This document shows positions 9,329-18,342 of a DNA stretch of 64,000 nt, in pieces. Source of the DNA: a virus. Positions within the stretch are counted from its first letter, which is position 1. Every line of letters starts with the position of its first letter. The notes below the pieces were generated by a model. That model did no database searches. It saw only the letters and a list, made by a program, of their open reading frames with translations, and had not been told where the DNA came from. The stretch is taken from the IMG/VR virus record IMGVR_UViG_3300032242_002123, positions 6,783 to 70,782 of that record; one strand, 5' to 3'. Both the position numbers and the translations under genes were made by a program.

Positions 9329-9413
9329 GGGTAGATCGCATAGCGGCAATTGCTGGAGACTGTAAATCTCCTCTCCTTGGAGTTCGAAGGTTCGAGTCCT
9401 TCTCTGCCCACCA
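9329..9413 (+). tRNA. tRNA-Tyr(GUA)
   Basis: gggtaga/tctgccc-A-CCA, anticodon arm ggaga-ctGTAaa-tctcc, long variable arm, TTCGAGT. TTGACA-17-TATATT promoter at 9292-9320. Confidence 0.93.
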
Positions 9414-9422
9414 TTTTATAAA

Positions 9423-9451
9423 TTGACAAATTATATGTAATGTTATATCAT
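9423..9451 (+). promoter_or_regulatory. sigma70-like promoter giving a probably leaderless transcript
   Basis: TTGACA-17nt-TATCAT, with ATG 9458 6 nt downstream. Confidence 0.7.
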
Positions 9452-9457
9452 TCCAAG

Positions 9458-10147
9458 ATGTCGAAAATTAAGTATAAAATTAAAGAAATACACCCTAAAG
9501 TATTCCTCGTAACAATAGATAACTCATATGATCTTACAATGACATTTTGTCGAGTTCAAGAATTTTATGAATCTCCATATAAAGAAATTAGAGGCAAAGC
9601 CTTTAATATGATAGAATTTCAAAGAATATATGCAACGAGAAGAAATGAGAATTTCTTTTCATACCCAATTGATTGGGCAGGATTTAATATTCCTTCAAAT
9701 GTAATTGAAGATTTCTTTGATAAATTTTATGCTAATTTTGATAAAAATGATTATAATATCTATGATAAAACATTTGAAGATATACATCTTAAAATTACAA
9801 ATGAATTAAAAGAAGGTGATTCTTATTATGTCATAGGTTCAGATCCAAAAAATAAAGATACAATCAATCATGAATTGTCTCATGCTTTTTATTACTTGTA
9901 TCCTGATTATAAAAAGCAAGCGGATAAGATTATAAGTAAAATTCCAGATAAGAGTTTTAATAAAATAAAAAATACTTTATATGATCTTGGTTACAACTCC
10001 AAAGTTATTAAAGATGAAGTGCAAGCTTATCTTGCAAATGATTATGATACAATTACTCAAGATATAAAACTTGGTGGCAAACAAAAGAATATCATTGACA
10101 ATATTAAGAATGAGCTTAAAGTATTAAATAATAAAATGCACGAGTAG
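9458..10147 (+). CDS. hypothetical protein with HExxH (putative zinc metallopeptidase) motif
   Basis: TINHELSHAFY...DEVQAY. The last codons and TAG stop lie inside tRNA-Val. Confidence 0.7.
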   Translation: MSKIKYKIKEIHPKVFLVTIDNSYDLTMTFCRVQEFYESPYKEIRGKAFNMIEFQRIYATRRNENFFSYPIDWAGFNIPSNVIEDFFDKFYANFDKNDYNIYDKTFEDIHLKITNELKEGDSYYVIGSDPKNKDTINHELSHAFYYLYPDYKKQADKIISKIPDKSFNKIKNTLYDLGYNSKVIKDEVQAYLANDYDTITQDIKLGGKQKNIIDNIKNELKVLNNKMHE

Positions 10148-10212
10148 CTCAATGGTAGAGCGTTTGCCTTACACGCAAAATGTTGGGGGTTCGATACCCT
10201 CCTCGTGTACCA
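10138..10212 (+). tRNA. tRNA-Val(UAC)
   Basis: gcacgag/ctcgtgt-A-CCA, D arm gctc/gagc, anticodon arm tttgc-ctTACac-gcaaa, TTCGA. Confidence 0.93.
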
Positions 10213-10235
10213 GTTCTTTGATAAGTATAATTTAT

Positions 10236-10688
10236 GGGGGCGTACTGGCTTCGACTTAATTGTTAAAAGTTATGTATGCATGTGGTAGTTGATCAGTTGG
10301 CTACCTTAAAAGCTGATCGAAAAAATAAATGCAGAAGACAACACTGATGCAATCTTAGCTGAAGCTGAGTATATCTTCAACAACGCCGCAGAATTCCTCT
10401 GTGGAGTCGAGGAAGAGACCCTCCTCGCAGCATAAGAACCGAAAGTAATCCTATTAAACCTTTCGGTAAATAACAATAGGTTAAAGTGGTACTTGTGACA
10501 CTTGTAAAATAAGTGCAAGGGGTAGTATGTGGTCCTTATTCACACATACAGGTAGGTCTCTAAACATAGATAGGTTGGCAACGCCTCGTTACCTTTAGAC
10601 AACGAAAGTACGAAGTTTGTCCAAACATGTGAAGAATGCATAATCATTAATATTAAACACAGGGGTTCGACTCCCCTCGCCTCCACCA
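10236..10688 (+). ncRNA. ssrA: tmRNA; tag ORF 10331..10435 = AEDNTDAILAEAEYIFNNAAEFLCGVEEETLLAA*
   Basis: 5' GGGGGCG...TTCGAC and 3' GGGGTTCGACTCCCCTCGCCTCCACCA, acceptor stem with G3:U Ala identity, resume context ATAAAT-GCA, tag ending LAA-TAA. TAAGTA at 10222, 8 nt upstream. Confidence 0.93.
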
Positions 10689-10692
10689 TTTC

Positions 10693-10763
10693 GGGGAATT
10701 AGTTTAGTGCTAAAACACCGCACTTGCACTGCGGATTCAAGGGTTGAATTCCCTTATTCTCCA
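10693..10763 (+). tRNA. tRNA-Ala(UGC)
   Basis: ggggaat/attctcc with G3:U70, anticodon arm ccgca-ctTGCac-tgcgg, T arm aaggg-ttgaatt-ccctt (atypical loop). No separate CCA after the discriminator. Confidence 0.82.
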
Positions 10764-10845
10764 GTATGGTTTTATCAAAGTTTAAATAATTGTGTATTAA
10801 AAAAATAGTTGATTGACCTTTTAAAGAAAATATATAAATAATACA

Positions 10846-11439
10846 ATGAAAACAATTTTATGTGATTTGATGAAAGAATTTGGTAGTGATAAAAGTACAT
10901 GGCATTCTTATACAGAAGTATATAATAATATTTTTGAAAAATTTATAGGAAAAAATATTAATCTATTTGAAGTGGGATTGGGTACAAACAATATAGAGGT
11001 AGCTTCTAACATGGGTAGTGAAGGTAAACCCGGTGCATCTTTGAGAGCATGGAAAGAATATTTTAAAAATGCAAATATTTATGGTGCTGATATAGATAAA
11101 AATATTTTATTCTCTGAAGAGAATATTAAAACTTATTATGTAGATCAATATTCAGATTCTGATATAGCTGCATTATGGAATAATGAAGATTTGAAAAATA
11201 TTGAATTTGATATTATCATAGATGATGGAATTCATGAATTAAAAGGTAATATTAATTTTTTGAAAAATAGTTTACATAAACTTAAAAAAGGTGGATATTA
11301 TGTAATTGAAGATATTATCAGTCATGCTGTTGGAAATTATGAAGACTCTTTAAAATCTTTAAATTGTGAATATAAAATTTTAGATTTAAGAAATGCACAT
11401 AATTCGTGTGATAATATACTGGTAATAATAACAATATAA
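10846..11439 (+). CDS. class I SAM-dependent methyltransferase (sugar O-methyltransferase-like)
   Basis: GSDK..WHSYT, LFEVGLG, GASLRAWKEYF, IYGADID, FDIIIDDGIH, GGYYVIED. Confidence 0.8.
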   Translation: MKTILCDLMKEFGSDKSTWHSYTEVYNNIFEKFIGKNINLFEVGLGTNNIEVASNMGSEGKPGASLRAWKEYFKNANIYGADIDKNILFSEENIKTYYVDQYSDSDIAALWNNEDLKNIEFDIIIDDGIHELKGNINFLKNSLHKLKKGGYYVIEDIISHAVGNYEDSLKSLNCEYKILDLRNAHNSCDNILVIITI

Positions 11440-11501
11440 TTTATCAGTATATGGTAAATTACATTTTGACAAACAAATAAATTCTGTTAATATTAAACAT
11501 T

Positions 11502-12134
11502 ATGGGAATGTTCGATAATATTACATGTGAAATGCCTCTTCCTTTAAATAAGAAAGAGCAAGCAAAGTTTTCCAATATAAAATGGAAAGATATTTACTTT
11601 CAGACAAAAAATACTGATTGCACAATGTCAACCTATGCTATTAAAAAAGGTAAACTTTATGGTTTACACATTAAAGGAGAAAATGTTCGTATAATTTCCG
11701 AAGAAGAAGAAAAAAAGATTAAAAAGCAAGGTCGTTTCTGCTGGCCTTATGAATTTAAAGAAAAGTCTAGAAAATATAAACTTGAAAAATTTACTGGTGA
11801 TATTTATTTTTATGATTCAATCTTTGATGAAGTAGGAAATGAATATTGGGCAGAATTTGTCGGAAAGTTTGTAAACGGTGTTCTTCAAGGAAAACTAAAA
11901 AAAGTCGAGATTCGTTTGTCACAGACTGCACAAGATATAAAAAAAAATAATGATGAATGGGAAGCTCGTATAGAAACAGAGAAAAAAAAATTCTATAATA
12001 AATTTCGTAGTTTTATGAACAAAATTACTTTTAACAATTGGAGATATATTTGGTGGGGTATTGGAAAATATATTCGTAAGGTTCATAATACAATTGGAAA
12101 TTTTGATATTTTTATTAATAGATATATAGCATGA
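11502..12134 (+). CDS. phage hypothetical protein (MGMFD-type N-terminus)
   Basis: MGMFDNI...FQTKNTDCTM. TTGACA promoter at 11466. Confidence 0.65.
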   Translation: MGMFDNITCEMPLPLNKKEQAKFSNIKWKDIYFQTKNTDCTMSTYAIKKGKLYGLHIKGENVRIISEEEEKKIKKQGRFCWPYEFKEKSRKYKLEKFTGDIYFYDSIFDEVGNEYWAEFVGKFVNGVLQGKLKKVEIRLSQTAQDIKKNNDEWEARIETEKKKFYNKFRSFMNKITFNNWRYIWWGIGKYIRKVHNTIGNFDIFINRYIA

Positions 12135-12403
12135 TGAAAAGGATATTATTAATATTTTTTCTAATTACAACAAGTTGTACATATGATCAACCTGTTTATA
12201 ATGGAACTTATTATGCTAATAATAATAATTCAAATGCTGCACCAGTTGTAAGATATCCTACAACTACAACTATTGTAAACACATATGCTCCTTATTGGTC
12301 ATATCCTTATTATCAAGGATATTACGGTGGATATGGCTATGGTGGTTGGGCAGGTTATTACGGATGGGGTGGATATAGATGGGGTGGTTGTTATGGTTGG
12401 TAA
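12131..12403 (+). CDS. putative lipoprotein with Gly/Tyr/Trp-rich tail
   Basis: MMKRILLIFFLITTS-C lipobox-like signal, then YYGGYGYGGWAGYYGWGG. Confidence 0.6.
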   Translation: MMKRILLIFFLITTSCTYDQPVYNGTYYANNNNSNAAPVVRYPTTTTIVNTYAPYWSYPYYQGYYGGYGYGGWAGYYGWGGYRWGGCYGW

Positions 12404-12446
12404 AAGCCTTATAAATGTGTTTTTTTAATAATGTAAGTATTACATT

Positions 12447-12665
12447 ATGGAGGCACCAAAAATTGATAAACATGATGAAAGATGGTCAGGTTATTTCAAG
12501 GGTGAAAAGGAAGCACAGGATCATCTTGATAGTGAATTAAAACATCTTAGTAAAGATAATTTAATAATAAGTGCCAGAAAAGAACTCAACATTAAAGGTA
12601 AAGCTTTTAATGGATTATTGTTATATAGGTTTTTTGTAAAAACAGCAGAAAAAGATAATACTTAA
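12447..12665 (+). CDS. hypothetical protein
   Basis: 72 aa, TAAGTA 7 nt upstream. Confidence 0.6.
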   Translation: MEAPKIDKHDERWSGYFKGEKEAQDHLDSELKHLSKDNLIISARKELNIKGKAFNGLLLYRFFVKTAEKDNT

Positions 12666-12679
12666 AGATAAGTATTTCC

Positions 12680-13066
12680 ATGAATAGAAAAGATTTAGTA
12701 TCATTAATGGAAGCCTATGAGGATATTATCCTTGATAAAGAAGCTGAATTATCACCAGAAGATGAAGGTATTCATGGTGTTGAAATTGGTTTAGGTGAAG
12801 AACCCACAGATGAAATAGACTATTCAGACGATTCATCAGAAGAACCTACTGGTGAATCAGAAGCCGATTTAGATACACTCGAAGATTTTGAAGAAGAGAA
12901 GAATAAAATGGTAGAAGCTCACCTTCATACAATCCGTTCACACGCTCACGAGATTCATGGTTGTTTAGAAAGAGGTGCTCTTATTGAACCTTGGATGGAA
13001 GAAAAAATTGCTATTGCAAATGATTACATTGTACACGTTGCAAATGCAATTATGTATAAAAAGTAA
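12680..13066 (+). CDS. acidic hypothetical late protein (possible internal head protein)
   Basis: TAAGTA 5 nt upstream, N-terminal LME motif, C-terminal IEPWMEEKIAIANDYI. Confidence 0.65.
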   Translation: MNRKDLVSLMEAYEDIILDKEAELSPEDEGIHGVEIGLGEEPTDEIDYSDDSSEEPTGESEADLDTLEDFEEEKNKMVEAHLHTIRSHAHEIHGCLERGALIEPWMEEKIAIANDYIVHVANAIMYKK

Positions 13067-13102
13067 TCTTGACTTATTAGTTCATACCTGATATATAAAG
13101 GT

Positions 13103-13519
13103 ATGGAAAATAGAATATCATGGGAAGAGTATGCCCTTAAAATAGCGGATGTAGCCGCACTTCGTTCAGAAGACCCATATATGAAAGTGGGTTCTTGTGT
13201 TTTAGATGAAAATAAAATGATTGTTGGTGTGGGATACAATGGTCTAGCTCCCGGTAAGGATGTAACACCTGTGTTTTGGCATGACAGGGATGAAAGAAGA
13301 AAATATATGATTCATGCAGAAGCCAATGCTTTATCCCTTGTTCCTCGTGGAAAGGGTGTTTTATTGGCCTGTACGCTGCTTCCTTGCGGTTCCTGTGCAA
13401 CTTTAATAGCTGGACATGGTATCAAGAAAGTTGTTTATAGAGAGACTTATAAACGTGATACTTCATCAACAGAGATATTTGATTTTTACGGAATTACTTG
13501 CACTCAATATGATCGATAA
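13103..13519 (+). CDS. dCMP deaminase
   Basis: RSEDP..KVG, GYNG, HAEANAL, PCGSC. TTGACT-17-TATATA promoter 5 nt upstream. Confidence 0.92.
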   Translation: MENRISWEEYALKIADVAALRSEDPYMKVGSCVLDENKMIVGVGYNGLAPGKDVTPVFWHDRDERRKYMIHAEANALSLVPRGKGVLLACTLLPCGSCATLIAGHGIKKVVYRETYKRDTSSTEIFDFYGITCTQYDR

Positions 13520-13637
13520 AATTAAAGATATAATAGTTATTATTGGTTTATTTGCAATCATTGGTTTGATTATAAATAATTTTCCTATTTTTTTCCTTGT
13601 CATCCTTATTCTTTTATTGTTAAATAGTCTTCTATGA
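13509..13637 (+). CDS. small membrane protein
   Basis: MIDKIKDIIVIIGLFAIIGLIINNFPIFFLVILILLLLNSLL, overlap-coupled to both neighbours. Confidence 0.5.
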   Translation: MIDKIKDIIVIIGLFAIIGLIINNFPIFFLVILILLLLNSLL

Positions 13638-14260
13638 AAAACAAAAAGACCAAAAAAGTTAAAGCCATCAAACCCAAAAAGATTAAGAAGTTAAAAGTTT
13701 CTAAAAAGAAAGGGAATGGTATCCCTGATAATCAAATAGAAAACCTTGCCAAATGGCTTGCTTATCACAAGGAACATGGAAAGCTTCCTCATAATAGGAT
13801 CATCTGTTCTAATTGCAGGATGGATTATATCGGCCTTAAAGGTATTGGTATGAGTTGGGCTATGAAGAAGTTCAACAACGATCTCAATAGGGTTTTAACT
13901 GAATCTATTTGTAAATCCTGCGTTGATATTCTCTCCCCAAAGGAAGCTAAAGAACCAAAGGAAAAAGTTGCAACTGTTTTAACTAGGGAAGAGATGCAAG
14001 CTCGTCGTGATGCTATTAGCGAGTCTTTACCAAAGATTGATTTCCATAAGGATGCTAGGATTTACGATATCGCTAAAGACAAAGATAAATGCAAGGAATA
14101 CACATATTTCTCTTGTCATCGTCCTGACATTTATCTTGATCATGGATGTGCAGAATGCGTATTACAGAAGCATTGTGCGGCTCCTATTAAGGATATCAAT
14201 AGGAAGCCTGAAGATCGTAGGCCCAAGTTTAAAAAGGCTGTGTTTAAACCTAAAACATAA
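13634..14260 (+). CDS. basic Cys-rich hypothetical protein (possible Zn-binding)
   Basis: Lys-rich N-terminus, CSNC, CKSC, CAEC motifs. Confidence 0.65.
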   Translation: MKNKKTKKVKAIKPKKIKKLKVSKKKGNGIPDNQIENLAKWLAYHKEHGKLPHNRIICSNCRMDYIGLKGIGMSWAMKKFNNDLNRVLTESICKSCVDILSPKEAKEPKEKVATVLTREEMQARRDAISESLPKIDFHKDARIYDIAKDKDKCKEYTYFSCHRPDIYLDHGCAECVLQKHCAAPIKDINRKPEDRRPKFKKAVFKPKT

Positions 14261-14278
14261 TACGATAAGTATTATGTA

Positions 14279-14488
14279 ATGATACACGAATTTAATAATC
14301 CAATACCTGTAATTACAGATTTAGGAGATGGTTACATAATTTATGTAACAAATGGTGGTACTTTTGAAAATGATATTTTTACCGTTGTTTTAGAAAACGG
14401 TGGCATTATCAGACACTTTAGAAGCGATCAAGTTAAAGTTCATCAAAACTTAACATTTGATATTAAAAAGAAATCAATTCAAGAATAA
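14279..14488 (+). CDS. hypothetical protein
   Basis: 69 aa, TAAGTA 7 nt upstream. Confidence 0.6.
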   Translation: MIHEFNNPIPVITDLGDGYIIYVTNGGTFENDIFTVVLENGGIIRHFRSDQVKVHQNLTFDIKKKSIQE

Positions 14489-15052
14489 TTCCCACTCTTT
14501 TATCTTATGTTTATTCTTAATATAATGAGATGAAGGCATATATTTTGGAGCAAGGGGTTTCTTAATAAGTTTTAGTCCTGCCTCTTCTGGTGTCCTGTCT
14601 GCTTTCTTTGCATTGACTTCCTTATGAGTAAGGACACAATTATCCCAAGAAGTTTTACCACCTCTACTTCTAGGAATGATATGATCAACATTACCTTCAT
14701 TTTTAGAAAGCTTTTTACCTGTATATTGACAAATACCTTGATCTCTATTCCAAACCGCACTCAGAGAGAATTTAGGGCGTTTAAGAGGCACTCTATCAAA
14801 CTTACAAAGAACAATAACCTTTGGGATTTTAATATCCCCTCTAATTGTTGATATATAATCAGAAGTCTCATCCTTTGGCAAATTAACCCAATCATTCCAT
14901 CGATAAGGAATCATATTATCTTCTCCTAAAATATCTAAGCCTGTCGCAGCATCAGTATACATCATTGATAATGCTTCTGATGGTGATTTAACGTGAATTG
15001 CTTGCCAGTTGCGATTAAGTACAAGTACGGTAGTTCTATTAAGATGACTCAT
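14474..15052 (-). CDS. HNH endonuclease (McrA/HNH_5-like)
   Basis: VLVLNRNWQ, RDQGICQYTG, NVDHIIPRSRGGKTSWDNCV...NAKKADRTPEEAG. TTGACG-17-TATAAT upstream. Confidence 0.9.
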   Translation of the reverse strand: MSHLNRTTVLVLNRNWQAIHVKSPSEALSMMYTDAATGLDILGEDNMIPYRWNDWVNLPKDETSDYISTIRGDIKIPKVIVLCKFDRVPLKRPKFSLSAVWNRDQGICQYTGKKLSKNEGNVDHIIPRSRGGKTSWDNCVLTHKEVNAKKADRTPEEAGLKLIKKPLAPKYMPSSHYIKNKHKIKEWELFLN

Positions 15053-15103
15053 AAAAGATTAAATTATATATAAAAACTTATCTTTCGTCAATAAGTAATA
15101 AAT

Positions 15104-15631
15104 ATGACATTTTTAGAATATTGGCAAAATATCTTAGAAGAAGAACTCTCTAGATATCAAATACTTGACCTTAGAAAAGCTTTCTTTGAAATAAGAAGGC
15201 TCAAAGAAACTAAACAACTTGATAAGGCTGTTGCTCGTTATAATGAACTATTAAAAAATGCATATGAAACTGTTCAAGAATATCTACATTCCGGTGATAT
15301 CGAAGTTGAAGATTTTGTAAGAGAAGTTTTACCTGCAATTTTACAATATAGCAGACCAAGAGAATATTCAGCACCAACTGTAAAAAAACAAGAAGCTGAT
15401 CCTGATTTATTACAGGCATTAAGACATGTTAATAATCTTTTTGCTATGGGTAAATTAAATTCTGTGATTAATTTCTTATCCGATATATACACAGAAGATC
15501 CAGCATCTTATGCGGATTTTATTAGATTTGCAAAATCTTATGCTATGAAATCCGGTAAGACATTTCGTGAAAAAGTATTCCCAAGAGTGTTAGAAATACA
15601 CCCTGAATTGGGAATACTTAAACAAGATTAA
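15104..15631 (+). CDS. hypothetical late protein (possible internal head protein)
   Basis: MTFLEYWQNILEE N-terminus, TAAGTA upstream. Confidence 0.6.
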   Translation: MTFLEYWQNILEEELSRYQILDLRKAFFEIRRLKETKQLDKAVARYNELLKNAYETVQEYLHSGDIEVEDFVREVLPAILQYSRPREYSAPTVKKQEADPDLLQALRHVNNLFAMGKLNSVINFLSDIYTEDPASYADFIRFAKSYAMKSGKTFREKVFPRVLEIHPELGILKQD

Positions 15632-17298
15632 GCTTCGCAGCTTTTGCAAGTCATAATTGAACGAGCAAGTTCCTTTGCAGGATTGGTTGATCTCTGATAA
15701 TAAAGTGACTTAATACCCTGTTCCCAAGCAAAAATGATAAGTTCATTAACTGCTTTTGGTGGTGTGCCAGCAGGTATAAGCATATTTAAACTTTGACCTT
15801 GATCAATATACTTCTGACGAGAAGCAGCTTGGATGATAATTTCCTTCTGTGAAGTCTCTTCAAATGTCTTGAATACATCTTTCTCTTCTTGTGTAAGATA
15901 CTCAACATGTTGAACTGATCCGCTATGCTTGAGAATGTCCATCCAAGTATCATCATCATTTTTCCCCTTTTCTTTCAAGAGTTTCTTGAGATAAGGATTC
16001 TTATACGAGAACTTTCCTTTGGCTAAATCCTTTACATAATAGTTACTATTGTTTGGCTCAATAGATGGGCTAACTTGACCTAAAATGAATGAGGATGACG
16101 TTGTAGGGGCTACAGCAAGCGTTGTAGTGTTTCTGCGACCATAACCTTTAAGGAGTAATGGCTCACCAAATATCTGCGCAAGTTCAACAGATGCTTTATC
16201 TGCTCTCTCACGAATAGTTTTCCAAATTGTTGTATTAAGAAGTTTTGCTTCCATTGACTCAAATGCAATCATCTTTGATTGAAGAAGTGAATGCCAACCA
16301 AGAACACCGAGACCTAATGCACGATGATTGATTGCAAACTTACGAGGAGCTTCCATAAATTTCATTCCTTCAGTTTTGTTGATAAATTCTGTCATGACTG
16401 CATCTAAAAAGAAAATCATAGTCTCTACTGCATCAGTATCTTTCCATTCTTCCCATCTTTCCAAATTCATCGACGAGAGATCACAAACAAATGATTCATC
16501 ATCACTATTTGGAAGCATGATTTCTGTACAAAGATTTGATTGAGTAATTTTTAATTTCTTATCTTTGTAAACTTGCGGTGCTTGATTGTTTACATTATCG
16601 GTAAAGAAAATATAAGGATAACCAGACTCAAATCTTTTCTTGAGTACCAACCCCCAAATTCTTCTTTTTTCTTTATCTCCATCAGTCATGGATTTCATCC
16701 ATTCATCAGTAATAGTAACACCTATTGAAAGATCCTGAATTTCATTTCCTTCACCTCTGATTTTTAGAAACTCTTCAATGTCACCATGATCAATTGGAAG
16801 ATATGCAGCAAAAGATCCACGACGAACATTACCCTGAGATACAACGCTCATAAGCTTGTTGTAAAGTTCCATGAAATGGATTGATCCAGTGGATTCACCA
16901 CCAGAAGAAATCTCTGTTCCTCTTGCTCTGAGATCACCAAAATAAGCAGATGTTCCACCACCGTTTTTTGTCATAATTCCAACCTCTGCAACCTTATTCA
17001 AAATACCTGCCATTGTGTCAGGAATATGAGAACCAAAACAAGAAATAGGAAGACCTCTCTTGCGACCAAAGTTTGACCAAATAGGAGAAGCAAGAGAATA
17101 AAATCCTCTATGCATGTAGTCTTCAAACTTCTTTGCAAATTTTGTATCACCTGTAAACTCTACTAATAGTTTTTGTGCAGCTTTTGCAATGTCAGAAATT
17201 CTTTGCTCTGGTGTTTCATCTTCTAACAAATATCCTCTTTGGAGGAACTTTCTAGAATCTTTGTTAAGCCAATAAATTTCTTGTGTTTCAGTACTCAT
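15628..17298 (-). CDS. nrdA: ribonucleotide reductase class I alpha subunit (no ATP cone)
   Basis: GLPISCF, GGGTS, QSNLCTEI, APTTSSS, SPSIEP, IDQGQSLN, KSLYY, C-terminal CKSC. Confidence 0.95.
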   Translation of the reverse strand: MSTETQEIYWLNKDSRKFLQRGYLLEDETPEQRISDIAKAAQKLLVEFTGDTKFAKKFEDYMHRGFYSLASPIWSNFGRKRGLPISCFGSHIPDTMAGILNKVAEVGIMTKNGGGTSAYFGDLRARGTEISSGGESTGSIHFMELYNKLMSVVSQGNVRRGSFAAYLPIDHGDIEEFLKIRGEGNEIQDLSIGVTITDEWMKSMTDGDKEKRRIWGLVLKKRFESGYPYIFFTDNVNNQAPQVYKDKKLKITQSNLCTEIMLPNSDDESFVCDLSSMNLERWEEWKDTDAVETMIFFLDAVMTEFINKTEGMKFMEAPRKFAINHRALGLGVLGWHSLLQSKMIAFESMEAKLLNTTIWKTIRERADKASVELAQIFGEPLLLKGYGRRNTTTLAVAPTTSSSFILGQVSPSIEPNNSNYYVKDLAKGKFSYKNPYLKKLLKEKGKNDDDTWMDILKHSGSVQHVEYLTQEEKDVFKTFEETSQKEIIIQAASRQKYIDQGQSLNMLIPAGTPPKAVNELIIFAWEQGIKSLYYQRSTNPAKELARSIMTCKSCEA

Positions 17299-17341
17299 AA
17301 ATCAGTTATCTATCTTATCAAATTGCTAATGAATAGCAATC

Positions 17342-18313
17342 TTAAAATAAGTCTGATTCGTCAAATGATTGATTCTTTTTTGCGTATTCTGTTGGACGAG
17401 AATGAAAAAAGTCTGTCATGTTATTTCCAAGAAGTTCTTCTTCGAACCATTTAGTTTTACTTAATAGTTCTTTATTAATTTCAAACACAGGCTTGAATTT
17501 AATTTGAATGAGAGAATCATTGATACGATTCTTGATAAACTCTTTAAGAATTGGAGCAGTTAAGTTTTCTTCTTTAATACCATTGACCATCCAATCAACA
17601 ATTTCTGATTCGGATTCAAATGCCATTTTTGCTTCATGTGCAATCTTCTCTTCAAGTTCTGCATCAAAAAGTTCTGGATACTCTTCTCTAATTGTATTAA
17701 TGATTCTGGTTCCAACAAGACCATGAATCTGTTCTTCGTTACGAGTATATTTTACTTGCTGATCAGTATCTTTTAGAACGTTCTTAAAACGAGCAAACCA
17801 ATTAATAACATAGAATTGTGAGAACAAAGAAACATTCTCAACAAATAATGTGAATAAGATGAGAGCATATAGATATTGCTTCTTGGAATCTTTATAAAAT
17901 CTGTGAGTATATTTTCTAAGATATTTGACACGACCTTCGATCCAATCTAGCTTTAAATTCTTTTCAAAAATATCTTCAAGACCAAGAGCAGAAATTAATC
18001 TTTCGTATGCATTATTGTGAATAACTTCTACATTTGCCATTACATATCCAAGATCCGAAAGTGATGGATGGGGAAGATTCTCTCCGAGCTTTGCCCAAAA
18101 TGTTTTGACTGCAATTTCAATCTGACCAATAGCAGAAAGAGTGCGAATAACAATTTCTCTTTCTTGATCATTCAAATTTACTTTGAATTGTTGAACATCT
18201 GATTTAAAATTAAATTCTTTGTCTGTCCAGAAGCCATTGTGCATTGCTTCTATGAATTCTTCTGTCCAAGGATAGTTGTTAGGTTTACGGCTTATTTGTT
18301 CTTCGAATATCAT
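17342..18313 (-). CDS. nrdB: ribonucleotide reductase class I beta subunit (class Id-like)
   Basis: FWTDKE, QIEIAVKTFW, EVIHNNAY, VENVSLFSQF, NEEQIH, DFFHSRPTEY. Confidence 0.93.
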   Translation of the reverse strand: MIFEEQISRKPNNYPWTEEFIEAMHNGFWTDKEFNFKSDVQQFKVNLNDQEREIVIRTLSAIGQIEIAVKTFWAKLGENLPHPSLSDLGYVMANVEVIHNNAYERLISALGLEDIFEKNLKLDWIEGRVKYLRKYTHRFYKDSKKQYLYALILFTLFVENVSLFSQFYVINWFARFKNVLKDTDQQVKYTRNEEQIHGLVGTRIINTIREEYPELFDAELEEKIAHEAKMAFESESEIVDWMVNGIKEENLTAPILKEFIKNRINDSLIQIKFKPVFEINKELLSKTKWFEEELLGNNMTDFFHSRPTEYAKKNQSFDESDLF

Positions 18314-18342
18314 AAAATTGTCTATTACTTACTAAAATTATA

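Noticed and set aside
10306-10518. Minus-strand 70-aa ORF
   Set aside because: Antisense to the tmRNA tag region.
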